A stretch of 58,959 nt of DNA from IMG/VR virus record IMGVR_UViG_3300030103_000167, positions 1 to 58,959 of that record. One strand, given 5' to 3'. Within the stretch, counting starts at the first letter, position 1, and the number at the start of each line of letters is the position of its first letter. The translations under genes and the position numbers were made by a program. The notes below the pieces were generated by a model. It was given only the letters and a program-made list of their open reading frames with translations, was not told the origin of the DNA and searched no databases. This DNA is from a virus (taxonomy: Duplodnaviria; Caudoviricetes). This document shows, one piece after another, positions 36,510 to 46,390 of this stretch.

Positions 36510-37274
36510 TTATAAAGTAACAGAGTCGTCTAGCTGTTCTTCCTTAACTTCTACTTCACCTGACCTAGCTGCAGACATAAATGTCTTAGCCATAGTTGCA
36601 TCTTCAATGGAGGTTTGAGCTCCTTGACTAACACTATAGCTATTCCAAGTGCCTTTATCATTAGACATGGTGGTAGTAGTTAAGTTATAAGTATAAGCAA
36701 ACATAGGTGCTTCAACTTGCTTACCAGATGAGGTCTGAACTCTAGCCATTCTCATCATCGTAAGCCATTTACGTGCTACACTAAGTTGTGTAGATGTAAA
36801 TGCAATAACTGCTTGTTGAGGCTCAGGGTCTAAAACTAACACATAAAATTGTGCAGTCTCAACTATCTCGTTACCTTCTTTTGTAAAAAATCGTCTTGTC
36901 TCAGGGTCTTTTTTACATTCGCTAAGTATCGAAACATCGTGGCTAGCATTCACTAAACCACCACCTTTCTCTCTAGGCACCCATTCTATATACTTTTTAG
37001 TATAGGCACACGGAACCACTACAATTCCTTTATCACCTGCATAAGCACTATTAGTAACAGTGTTATACAAATCACCTGCACCCGCACCTTCAACATATGC
37101 ACCGTTTGCTTTATTAAGCTGTGGCGACATAGGTTGTAGTATTCTTATAAACGGTATAGCAAAATCTTCTACCGTTGTATCTTCTAGTCCAGTTCCCTCT
37201 GATAATAAAGTATCGTCAAAGGCAACCATGCTTGAAGTAGTCTGTTCAACTACTTCTTTATTTTCGTCTACCAT
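36510..37274 (-). CDS. Putative single-stranded DNA-binding protein
   Basis: IPFIRILQPMSPQ, YIEW.PR..GGG, NDKGTW, acidic tail; replication module. Confidence 0.65.
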   Translation of the reverse strand: MVDENKEVVEQTTSSMVAFDDTLLSEGTGLEDTTVEDFAIPFIRILQPMSPQLNKANGAYVEGAGAGDLYNTVTNSAYAGDKGIVVVPCAYTKKYIEWVPREKGGGLVNASHDVSILSECKKDPETRRFFTKEGNEIVETAQFYVLVLDPEPQQAVIAFTSTQLSVARKWLTMMRMARVQTSSGKQVEAPMFAYTYNLTTTTMSNDKGTWNSYSVSQGAQTSIEDATMAKTFMSAARSGEVEVKEEQLDDSVTL

Positions 37275-37277
37275 GTT

Positions 37278-37853
37278 TTACTCCTTTTTAATATTAGCCT
37301 TGGTACCTATATAGACACCAAAAGGCTCGGTTGGTATATCATTCCCCGTAGTCAACTGCTCTTTTACAAAAGCCTTTAATGTTGACGGATGAATGCTCTG
37401 TTTTACCTCTGGCGATAGACCTCTAGATTTTAAAGCCAACACAGTCTCGTCGACTATCTGACTCTCACCACGATTAAATTTTAAAGATACTTCGTTCTTT
37501 ATAATCCCATCATGACCGTTTTCTATAAGCCATTGGTATGCTTGTTGTTGGTTTGCTTTAGATATATGAGCACCGTAGAACTCTGACAAAGATATTTTTT
37601 CTCCTGAAGATAAAACTATCTGTGTTAATCCTACTTCTGATAAAGCATCAGGTAGCTCTTGTTCTTGTACCAAACGCAACTGTTCTTTTTTAGCTTTTAA
37701 CATATCTTCTATCTGAGATACCTCATTAGTTAGATTTATTTGTTTTTGAGCTAAACTAGAAACATTAGCTAATTCATCATTAGTAACATCACTGTCCCAT
37801 TTATTAGGTTCAGAGTTACCAATAAGTTCTTCAAAGGTGGGTTTATCACTCAT
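37278..37853 (-). CDS. Conserved replication-module protein
   Basis: WLIENGHDGIIKN...IHPSTLKAFVKE. Confidence 0.6.
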   Translation of the reverse strand: MSDKPTFEELIGNSEPNKWDSDVTNDELANVSSLAQKQINLTNEVSQIEDMLKAKKEQLRLVQEQELPDALSEVGLTQIVLSSGEKISLSEFYGAHISKANQQQAYQWLIENGHDGIIKNEVSLKFNRGESQIVDETVLALKSRGLSPEVKQSIHPSTLKAFVKEQLTTGNDIPTEPFGVYIGTKANIKKE

Positions 37854-38172
37854 CTAATTCTCCTTTCTGATGTATGTCTATTTCAACAGGGTAATACAAG
37901 CCTTCTTGTTTATCCCATTTTAATATACTATATTTACCTCGATTAAAAAATGCAGCTAACGAACATGCTACACCAATAGCAGCAGGGTCGCCAATCAACA
38001 ATAAGTAATCACCCTCTTTGTAATCTTGTAAGAGTCTTTTCATCCTACGAACAGAAGGTCCAGAGCTTAACATGATTTGAGCATTAGAAGGTAACAGAAC
38101 TTCGAAATCACCATACTGTCTAGCACCTGCGATATTTCGTCCTGGAACTTCTTGCACAACATATACTGTCAT
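37846..38172 (-). CDS. Conserved hypothetical protein
   Basis: VYVVQE...DYLLLIGDPAAIG...LKWDKQ; conserved RBS. Confidence 0.65.
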   Translation of the reverse strand: MTVYVVQEVPGRNIAGARQYGDFEVLLPSNAQIMLSSGPSVRRMKRLLQDYKEGDYLLLIGDPAAIGVACSLAAFFNRGKYSILKWDKQEGLYYPVEIDIHQKGELDE

Positions 38173-38201
38173 TTTTTCTCCTTTCTTATTTCTAGGCTAT
38201 T

Positions 38202-38230
38202 AATATATAACCGAGTTTTACCAAAGTAAA
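38202..38230 (-). promoter_or_regulatory. Promoter for the replication operon
   Basis: TTTACT-17-TATATT. Confidence 0.75.
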
Positions 38231-38380
38231 GTTATTAGTATTATTTATTTTAAAAATTTTTTTATTCACATAAAAATTTTTTAAGAATTACTAATATCTC
38301 TAATAATCTAATAGATATTGTGATAAATCCTCTACTAAACGGCAAGTAAAATTATTATTTTGGTCTTTAATTTCTATTAG
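38231..38380. repeat. AT-rich CTAATA iteron element, copy B
   Basis: A/T tracts then CTAATA-TCT-CTAATA-AT-CTAATAGA (38291-38315)...57 nt...TCTATTAG (38373-38380). Confidence 0.65.
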
Positions 38381-38421
38381 ATATAGATATAATTATTACT
38401 AGAAATTAGAAAGTAGTAAAT

Positions 38422-39864
38422 ATGCAATATAAATTTAAGACTAAACCATACACTCATCAATTAGAAGCGTTAGAAAAATCATGGCGTAAAAAAGAGTATG
38501 CTTACTTTATGGAAATGGGAACTGGTAAATCAAAAGTTCTTATAGACAATATAGCTATGCTTTATGATAAAGATGCTATAAATTCTGCAGTAATTGTTGC
38601 ACCTAAAGGTGTTTATAGAAACTGGCTAGAAAAAGAAATACCAAGTCATATGCCAGAACATATAGAATATAAAACTGCTATATGGACACCCGCACCTAAC
38701 AAAAAACAAAAGAAAGATTTAATAAATATCTTCGAACCAAGTTACGAATTAAAAATTTTAATAATAAACGTAGAAGCCTTTAGCACTAAGAAAGGCGTTA
38801 CCTTTGTAAATAAGTTTGTATTATCACACCTTAGTCTTGTAGCTGTAGATGAATCTACTACAATCAAAAACCCAAAAGCACAAAGAACAAAAAACTTAAT
38901 TAAAATAGCTACTAATTCTAAATATAGAAGAATATTAACAGGATTTCCTGTAACACGCTCACCTTTAGATTTATATAGTCAATGTGCTTTTCTTAATACA
39001 CACTTATTAGGTTACGGTTCATATTATTCTTTTCAAAATAGATACGCACAAATTATGAATAGGCAACTAGGGACACACAGTTTTAGACAAGTAGTGGGTT
39101 ACCAAAACTTAGAAGAACTTACTAGCTCGTTAGACTCTTTTTCTTATAGAGTGTTGAAGAAAGAATGTTTAGATTTACCAGATAAAATTTACACAAAAAG
39201 AGAAGTAGAACTAACACCAGAGCAAAAGAAAATTTATAAAGAACTAGCAAAATATGCCATAACAGAACTAGAATCACATGAAACTGTTAGTGTAACATCA
39301 ATACTAACACAAATATTAAGATTACATCAAGTCGTATGTGGCTTTGTTAAACACGATAAAGGTGAAGAAGTAGAAATAAAAAACAATAGAATAGATGAAC
39401 TAATTAATGTTTTACAAGAAATACAAGGTAAAACTATTATATGGGCTAATTATCAATACGATATTAAGAGAATATTAAAAACTATTCAAGGTATAACAGG
39501 TACAGATAGTGTAGCTACTTATTATGGTGATACACCTGATGAAGAAAGACAAGAAATAATTAGAAGGTTTCAAGACTCTGACTCTGAATTACAGTATCTT
39601 ATTAGTAATGTACAAACTGGTGGTTACGGTATAACTTTAACAGAAGCTAAAAATGTAATTTATTATAGTAATAACTATGATTTAGAAAAACGTTTACAAT
39701 CAGAAGACCGTGCTCATCGTATAGGTCAAACAAATAAAGTAACTTATATTGATTTAGTAGCTAAAGGTACAGTAGACGAAAAAATAGTGAAAGCCTTGCG
39801 TAATAAATTAGATTTAGCACAAGAAGTTTTAGGTGATGAAAAGTGGAAGGATTGGATTAATTAA
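38422..39864 (+). CDS. SNF2-like SF2 helicase
   Basis: MEMGTGKS, VDES, LTG.P, GYGITL, QSEDRAHRIGQ; only plus-strand gene. Confidence 0.92.
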   Translation: MQYKFKTKPYTHQLEALEKSWRKKEYAYFMEMGTGKSKVLIDNIAMLYDKDAINSAVIVAPKGVYRNWLEKEIPSHMPEHIEYKTAIWTPAPNKKQKKDLINIFEPSYELKILIINVEAFSTKKGVTFVNKFVLSHLSLVAVDESTTIKNPKAQRTKNLIKIATNSKYRRILTGFPVTRSPLDLYSQCAFLNTHLLGYGSYYSFQNRYAQIMNRQLGTHSFRQVVGYQNLEELTSSLDSFSYRVLKKECLDLPDKIYTKREVELTPEQKKIYKELAKYAITELESHETVSVTSILTQILRLHQVVCGFVKHDKGEEVEIKNNRIDELINVLQEIQGKTIIWANYQYDIKRILKTIQGITGTDSVATYYGDTPDEERQEIIRRFQDSDSELQYLISNVQTGGYGITLTEAKNVIYYSNNYDLEKRLQSEDRAHRIGQTNKVTYIDLVAKGTVDEKIVKALRNKLDLAQEVLGDEKWKDWIN

Positions 39865-40430
39865 TAACCTCTATAAAAGTTCATTCTTTCCATAGCTTCG
39901 ACTTGACCTCCGTCCTCCATTTTCTCTATTTTTTCAATATCTCCACCTAAATTATACATAGGCATCATAGGTCCACCACCTGCCATATCTTTAACAGTTT
40001 TGCCAGTAATTTTTTCTACGACATCTTTGTTATTTTTAGCAAGAGCTTGCAATCCAGGATTTAAATCATCTTTAGATATTTCATTACCATCAGCATAGCC
40101 CATAAGCTCACCACCATCAGCCATACCTATTTGTTGTAATACAACAGCTTTAGCTTTGTCAAGAATATCTAAAGCTACTTGTGGGTTACCTTGTGAACGA
40201 CCTACAACAGCACTAGCAAGTTTTACTGCGTCGTCATCAGTATCTACCATGTTTTCTCTTTGCATCATTTCTGGTGCCATATCTTGCATTAAAGAGGGGC
40301 TGTTATTCATAGCCATTGGTGCAGGTGCTTCGCCACCCATAGGCATTCCGCTACTCATTGGAGCACCACCTTGTTGTTGCATCATACGAAGTTGGTCTAA
40401 TTTATCAAGTCCCATAATACCATTAGCCAT
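39861..40430 (-). CDS. Probable internal virion protein, Met/Gly-rich
   Basis: Repeated [MY]xxGG motifs; last gene of the ejection-protein cluster. Confidence 0.55.
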   Translation of the reverse strand: MANGIMGLDKLDQLRMMQQQGGAPMSSGMPMGGEAPAPMAMNNSPSLMQDMAPEMMQRENMVDTDDDAVKLASAVVGRSQGNPQVALDILDKAKAVVLQQIGMADGGELMGYADGNEISKDDLNPGLQALAKNNKDVVEKITGKTVKDMAGGGPMMPMYNLGGDIEKIEKMEDGGQVEAMERMNFYRGY

Positions 40431-40432
40431 TT

Positions 40433-41494
40433 TTATCTCCTTGGTCTAAATCCATTTTGAAATATTTGTGTTGTCATTGTATCACCTTGTTGACTTTGAG
40501 GCAACCTCATGATACCTCGATTCAAAGCACCACCTAGTCTCATACCATTACTACCTACAGGTAATTCTGGTCTAAGAATATCATCTGGAGGTGGTATTCT
40601 TATCGGCGGTGGTGGGAACTTAGGCGGTATAGGTATACGAACAGGATCAGGTTTATTTACTGGCGGGAACATTCCAGGTGCCATACCAAAAGCTGATGGT
40701 TTTATGTTCATAGCAATACTCGGTACGCCGCTCTGATAATTTCTAGAAGGTCTATAAAACGGTCTCTTATTATCCACAGCTGGGGTATTATTAACAGGTG
40801 AAGTAACCACAGGGTCATTAACAATGATTGGGTCATCTTCTACGATATTGCCTATATCTGGTATTTGTGTATTATTGATATTGTTAATTACATTTTGTCT
40901 ATCATCTATATCTATAATTCTAGCAGGACTAAATATGTTAGGTCTTCGAGGTCTGTCATTTACAGGCGGCGTTATAGGTGGAGTTATAGGTATGTCATTT
41001 ATTGGTGGCGTTATAGGTCTGTTAATGTCCATAATAGGGTCATCAAAAATTATTTCATCACCAATAAAATCTCTTTCGTCTATAAACCTCGGTGGAGGCA
41101 CTTGTATCTGTTGTTCTCGTGGCTCTAAAACATTTTCATATATGTTCAAGGGCTGGTCTATACCGATAGATAATTCATCACGCATCATATCCATATCATC
41201 TATGAATATCTGAGGAGGCAAATCTATAAATCTTTCAGAGGGTAAATCAATCATGTCTGTTGGGAACTCACTAACAACAGGGGTATCTAAAATAGAGTCC
41301 CCTCTAGACATAAAACTGTTTTCTAAATCAGTGGCTAAACTATCTTTAAAATCTGCAACATCTGCTTCATACTGGTCTCTAGCATTATTACGTGTCATAT
41401 TAGCATCACGTCTCATGTCTAAAACAGAACCAATACCTGTGTTCGGTATACTGAAATCCATACCTGTGTTTATCAAAAAGTTATCTCTTATCAT
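40433..41494 (-). CDS. Pro/Asp/Ile-rich low-complexity protein, probable internal virion protein
   Basis: PITPP repeats, MRLGG motif. Confidence 0.55.
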   Translation of the reverse strand: MIRDNFLINTGMDFSIPNTGIGSVLDMRRDANMTRNNARDQYEADVADFKDSLATDLENSFMSRGDSILDTPVVSEFPTDMIDLPSERFIDLPPQIFIDDMDMMRDELSIGIDQPLNIYENVLEPREQQIQVPPPRFIDERDFIGDEIIFDDPIMDINRPITPPINDIPITPPITPPVNDRPRRPNIFSPARIIDIDDRQNVINNINNTQIPDIGNIVEDDPIIVNDPVVTSPVNNTPAVDNKRPFYRPSRNYQSGVPSIAMNIKPSAFGMAPGMFPPVNKPDPVRIPIPPKFPPPPIRIPPPDDILRPELPVGSNGMRLGGALNRGIMRLPQSQQGDTMTTQIFQNGFRPRR

Positions 41495-44400
41495 TGTTGG
41501 TAATCATCTACTATATTATTTATAACTGTCTCTAATTCTTCACCTACTTGTCTGTTAGGTGGTATATTTAATCGTTTCATTTCTGTATCATAGTATCTTA
41601 ACTCATCTGCTATATCATTAAAATACGATGCTTGACCTGTCGCAGTAGCATACCCTGTCAAAAAAGCACTGAGCTGTTGTAAAGTTAATCTACCTTCATA
41701 AGTAGCGACCACACGTTTTGCTAACTCTGGGTCTAGTAACATCTGACCTATAAATGCTTCAGAACGTTTATTCATCAAAACATCTAAAGCAGTAACCCTC
41801 CTGCCTGTTTGTGTTAGGGGTGGTATTAACATTCTCTGTAAAAATTTAAATCCAGGAACTGCTGTAAATCTTTCTTGAGGCTGTGCTACCACAGGCACTA
41901 GAGCTTCTCTTTGTACCATAGTATTTATTAATCTAATAGCTTCAATAGTTTCATCAGCATTATCCCCTAGTAAAGGTTTGAATATATCATCGAAACCTAA
42001 TCTACTAAGTTCATCAGGTCCAAAACCCTCGTTAATCAAACGGTTTAATTTATCATCTGAAATTTTGAACATACCATCTTGTTTTGGTATAAGTTCTAAT
42101 ACGTCTCTTAATATTATGTTTTTAGTTACTTGTTCTATTTGTTTTTGCAAAACAGGGTTATCTTCAACAGACTCCATTAAAAACTTTATATCGTTTAATA
42201 AAGCTCCTGTTTCTCTAGATGTTTTACCACCACGTATAATATTAGTTACAATATCGTATGTAGGATTAACAGAATCAACACCTACACCAAAAGTATTTTT
42301 TAATAAATTAATTTGTTTTTCATTAATTATTAAATCTTCCTCTATATCTTTCAATTGATTAATTTTTAACAGTTTTGGTCTATCCCCAAGCTTTGGTGCA
42401 AAATCATCAAATAAAACATTAAAAGTGCCTTGATATTTTTTCAAAAACTCACGTAATTGACTGTTTTGTTTAAAACCTGTAGCGTCAGGGTCTATCACAT
42501 TGTTTTTTATATAATCTAGCATTTCACGTTGTACATAGGCAACATTATCACTACCTTCAGCTTTTAAAACAGTTAGTAAATCTGTTAACACAGAGTTAGT
42601 CGTTGCACCCTCTGTTGATGTTCCTAAAATAGTAGGTATTAATCTTTCTGGTTGTTGATTTATAATTTGTTTCAAAACAACATTGTTTGACATTTGATAC
42701 GCAGCAGTCATTTCGGTATATGCAGCACGTAAATCATCAAGACCATTATCTTTTTGATATCTAATGATTTGATTTATATCGTCTTGTGAGTATTTTGCTT
42801 TCGGTTTTGCATTACCTAATTTTAGCCAAACATCATCACTAAACGCTTTATCTATACTACGTCCAATATCGTCTACTAAAGTTCTTGCTATCTTACGAGT
42901 TTCACCATAAGAACTACTAGAAGCTAATTCGTTCATAACTCTTTGTATATTAAATAATTCAGCTATGGTAAAACCAACTTCTTCTTTCGTGCCTAATTTT
43001 TTACCGTCTGGTGTTCTACCTGCTAATCTATAAACAAGTTCTGAATCTTTACCTATAACTTCTTCTATTTCTTTCAAGCCTTTTTTGCCGCCAACTACTA
43101 ATGTTTCAGCACTACTTTGCAACTTTTTGTAATTATTAATAGTATTTCTAGTATAACCACCACCTGTAACAAAACTATTATATTTTGGGTCATTAACAAC
43201 AAGATTAAAATTATCTGATGCGTTTTTTAAAAAATCCTCTTTAGCCTTTTGTGCGACTACAACTTCTTTAGGTAATAAAAGAGTAGAACCGTCTTCTCTT
43301 ATGACATTATCAAAGATAGTTGTATTAGGCATAGGTAACTCTTTATCAGCTTGTCTGATTAAACTATTTATTTTTGACGTACCTATAGTTACATAGTCTT
43401 GTATTTTTCTTTCAGCATTTTCTAATAAAGCAGCATCGACTTCTTTTCCCAAAGGTATAGCACCTTCTTCAAACTCTTTACCTAAAGCTCGCATAAGATT
43501 ACTTATAACGTTTTGGTTACCGTCTAGTATCGCAGCATAAAGTTCTTTTAATTGTGGGTTCTCTGCATTACGTAGAAATATATATTCTAAATCAGCAGCT
43601 TCTTGGTCTAATGGATTTGTTCCTGCTAATGTTGGGTTATATTGTCTATATTCATCTTTAAATGTTTTTGCGAAAATATCTATCTGTTCGTTTATTGCCT
43701 CTACACTTTTTTGATTTCTACCATAAATAACTTTAGGACTTAAAATATCTGGGTCTTGTCTATTTAAAATATTACGAAATTTCTCCATAATATCTGCGGG
43801 TACTAGTTCCCCTGTAGCAGCTCTATATAAAGCAGGAAAAACTTTTAAAAAACTTGTAACAACTGCTGTGCCGCCTACTGCATAGGCACCAGTCACTCCC
43901 GACTCTCTTAAAATTTGTTCGGGTTCCATTTCATTCAAACCTCTTTCACTTCCTATAGTTAATCTAACTGCATCACCAAAAGTGGCACCTAAACCAGAAC
44001 CTAAAGACATTTTAGCTATTTGACCTATAGCACTAATCAAACCCTTACTAGCTGTTTTTGGTGATGTTCTTATTGTGCCTAATATATCTCCACCGATAGG
44101 AAAAGATTCTTGTATAACAAACTGCCGTATATCGTCTCTAGTTAATCTAGGATTACGTAAAATTTGATAAAAATCATTACCTTCCGCTTTATATCTAAAA
44201 CCCTCATAAGGATTTTCATTATCTAAATATTGTAAATCACCTTTCAAACCTAATTTATCCGTAATAAATTTTATTTGTTCTTTACTCGGCAATCTTGAAG
44301 TAAAAGCTAGATGGTTGTAGAATTTACGTTCTGTTTCTCTATCAGGGAATTCGTAAGGATTATCTGGGTCTATACCATAACTAGCTATTTTTTGTCTTTT

Positions 44401-44802
44401 TGCAAAACCAATAGGAGGTTTAGCTTCAAAAGGTGTAAAATCAGCAGGATAATTACCTCTTAAACCTGCATCAATTTTACGTTGCTGTGCATCGACTTGG
44501 TCTTCTAACATACGTTTATAAATATCAGGTTCTCTTTCTTCTAAGGTGTAAGAAATTGGAGCTACATTATAGATATCTATTTTACTTTGTAGTTCAGGCA
44601 TTTTAGCTAATATTTTTTGATATGTTTCTTCTGTTAAATTACCGCTTTGTAATTCTAAATTTCTTATTTTTGGACTGGTACCTACTACATACAATCTTAA
44701 TTCAGCAGGTGATAAAGCAGTTCCATATCTTACATTTGGATTATTTGGAAGTTGTTTTCTATAAATATCTTCTACGAACTGACTAACGATTTGTTCTGAC
44801 AT
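41491..44802 (-). CDS. Large internal virion (DNA ejection) protein
   Basis: 1103 aa, helical, Gly/Ala-rich hydrophobic segment, PPLTQTGRRVTA; podophage synteny. Confidence 0.6.
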   Translation of the reverse strand: MSEQIVSQFVEDIYRKQLPNNPNVRYGTALSPAELRLYVVGTSPKIRNLELQSGNLTEETYQKILAKMPELQSKIDIYNVAPISYTLEEREPDIYKRMLEDQVDAQQRKIDAGLRGNYPADFTPFEAKPPIGFAKRQKIASYGIDPDNPYEFPDRETERKFYNHLAFTSRLPSKEQIKFITDKLGLKGDLQYLDNENPYEGFRYKAEGNDFYQILRNPRLTRDDIRQFVIQESFPIGGDILGTIRTSPKTASKGLISAIGQIAKMSLGSGLGATFGDAVRLTIGSERGLNEMEPEQILRESGVTGAYAVGGTAVVTSFLKVFPALYRAATGELVPADIMEKFRNILNRQDPDILSPKVIYGRNQKSVEAINEQIDIFAKTFKDEYRQYNPTLAGTNPLDQEAADLEYIFLRNAENPQLKELYAAILDGNQNVISNLMRALGKEFEEGAIPLGKEVDAALLENAERKIQDYVTIGTSKINSLIRQADKELPMPNTTIFDNVIREDGSTLLLPKEVVVAQKAKEDFLKNASDNFNLVVNDPKYNSFVTGGGYTRNTINNYKKLQSSAETLVVGGKKGLKEIEEVIGKDSELVYRLAGRTPDGKKLGTKEEVGFTIAELFNIQRVMNELASSSSYGETRKIARTLVDDIGRSIDKAFSDDVWLKLGNAKPKAKYSQDDINQIIRYQKDNGLDDLRAAYTEMTAAYQMSNNVVLKQIINQQPERLIPTILGTSTEGATTNSVLTDLLTVLKAEGSDNVAYVQREMLDYIKNNVIDPDATGFKQNSQLREFLKKYQGTFNVLFDDFAPKLGDRPKLLKINQLKDIEEDLIINEKQINLLKNTFGVGVDSVNPTYDIVTNIIRGGKTSRETGALLNDIKFLMESVEDNPVLQKQIEQVTKNIILRDVLELIPKQDGMFKISDDKLNRLINEGFGPDELSRLGFDDIFKPLLGDNADETIEAIRLINTMVQREALVPVVAQPQERFTAVPGFKFLQRMLIPPLTQTGRRVTALDVLMNKRSEAFIGQMLLDPELAKRVVATYEGRLTLQQLSAFLTGYATATGQASYFNDIADELRYYDTEMKRLNIPPNRQVGEELETVINNIVDDYQQ

Positions 44803-46385
44803 TACTCAAACCTTTTTTGTTCTTCTTGAAGAAATTCATCGTAATTAAATGTTTTATTATCTATTGTGCTACTTTGTTGACTATCTAAAATACCACTTAT
44901 CTGTAATCCAGGACGTCTAACTTCAAAAGGTCTAAAAGTATAGCCCTCTAGTGTATTTGCGTATACATTAGGAGTATTAGGTGCATAAAAATCATTTAAA
45001 TGACTTTGAACATAGGTATCTTCTAGTTCTGAAGATATTTTTGGAAAATTTTGTGCTATAGCTAATCTAACATCGTCATCGATTCCGTTGATACTATCAC
45101 CTACAAAACTATCTAAATTTCTAATTAAAACTCTAGGGTCGCTCGTTTGACCTAAACCTACTATTTCTATATGGTAGGCTAAATCTTTATCAGATAATGT
45201 TCTACCTGTCTGACCATTAACTGCTGCTGCAACATAGGCTAATTGTAAAAATCTTGACCTTAATCTTACATCGTTATATACAACATCACCTAAAATATCT
45301 CTAACACTTTTACCAGTTTCTTGTTTTATCATATTTTCAAAGTTTTTGAATTCTTGGTTATCTGTGCTAACTTCGCCTTTTTGTAATTGTGTATACAAGC
45401 CTTTTGACACTGTTCCTAGACCTGCTCTTCCATCATTACCTGCAGTGCCTGATTGTATATCTGCATCACCCGCAAAAATACTACCTTTCATAAATTTATT
45501 GATGTTATTAAATTCAATAACACCTTGATTTACAAGACCTGCGAAAGCTGATGTTAGAGTTCCAGGAACTATATCGTCTTCAGTGAACCCTGCAAGTTGA
45601 GCTCTTAAAGGTTTATATATACTTAATAAACCAGTAGCAGTTTTTTCTTTTTCATATATAGGGTCAAATATATCTGCCATAAGTGTTACATTCGGACTTT
45701 TTGGTATAGTGATATTTCCTGTACCTGTTCTTTGTATATAGTCATCACCTGCTAATTTAAAAGAACCATCAGGATTCAAAATTTCTAACTCACCTGTTTT
45801 ATTGTTTTTTCTGCCTGCTACAAATGGATTAACGTCATTTTGTGCAGCATTGACATCTATCAATGTTGCGTAGTCATAGGTAGGTGGTTTTAGAAAATTT
45901 TCTATTAATTCTCCCCTTTGTTGATTAATAAGTCTTTTTCTTTGGTTGTCTGCAGTTCTAACATTTAATGTAGAACGTATAAATTCAGGTGCTCCTCGCC
46001 CCATTTGAGAAGCTACTACTGCACTAAGTAAATCTTGACCTTTAAAACCACCAACATCTTGTTGAGGACCGAATGCAGTAAATGCTGCAATCTGTGCTTG
46101 TTCTTCTCTTGATAAATCTTCTGGGTCAGCACCTATACTTTTAATATATTCGGGTACAGTCATTTGTGGCTGTCTACCACGGAAAAAATTAACACCACCT
46201 TGTAATAATAAAGGTAAAATACCTGCTACTTTTTCTGTTGTAGTTGGTTCTGGTGCTCTACGAACAGGTCCTCTAGCCGTTGGAAACGCAGTTCTAACTT
46301 GTGGTATTTGTACGGGTGTAACTCCGCCAGTGCCTTGTTTAGCACCAAAAGTTGGAAATGCAAGTCCTCTAATACCGTTAGCCAT
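44802..46385 (-). CDS. Internal virion (ejection) protein
   Basis: LAYVAAA...GRTLSDKD motif; synteny. Confidence 0.6.
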   Translation of the reverse strand: MANGIRGLAFPTFGAKQGTGGVTPVQIPQVRTAFPTARGPVRRAPEPTTTEKVAGILPLLLQGGVNFFRGRQPQMTVPEYIKSIGADPEDLSREEQAQIAAFTAFGPQQDVGGFKGQDLLSAVVASQMGRGAPEFIRSTLNVRTADNQRKRLINQQRGELIENFLKPPTYDYATLIDVNAAQNDVNPFVAGRKNNKTGELEILNPDGSFKLAGDDYIQRTGTGNITIPKSPNVTLMADIFDPIYEKEKTATGLLSIYKPLRAQLAGFTEDDIVPGTLTSAFAGLVNQGVIEFNNINKFMKGSIFAGDADIQSGTAGNDGRAGLGTVSKGLYTQLQKGEVSTDNQEFKNFENMIKQETGKSVRDILGDVVYNDVRLRSRFLQLAYVAAAVNGQTGRTLSDKDLAYHIEIVGLGQTSDPRVLIRNLDSFVGDSINGIDDDVRLAIAQNFPKISSELEDTYVQSHLNDFYAPNTPNVYANTLEGYTFRPFEVRRPGLQISGILDSQQSSTIDNKTFNYDEFLQEEQKRFE

Positions 46386-46390
46386 ATAAG

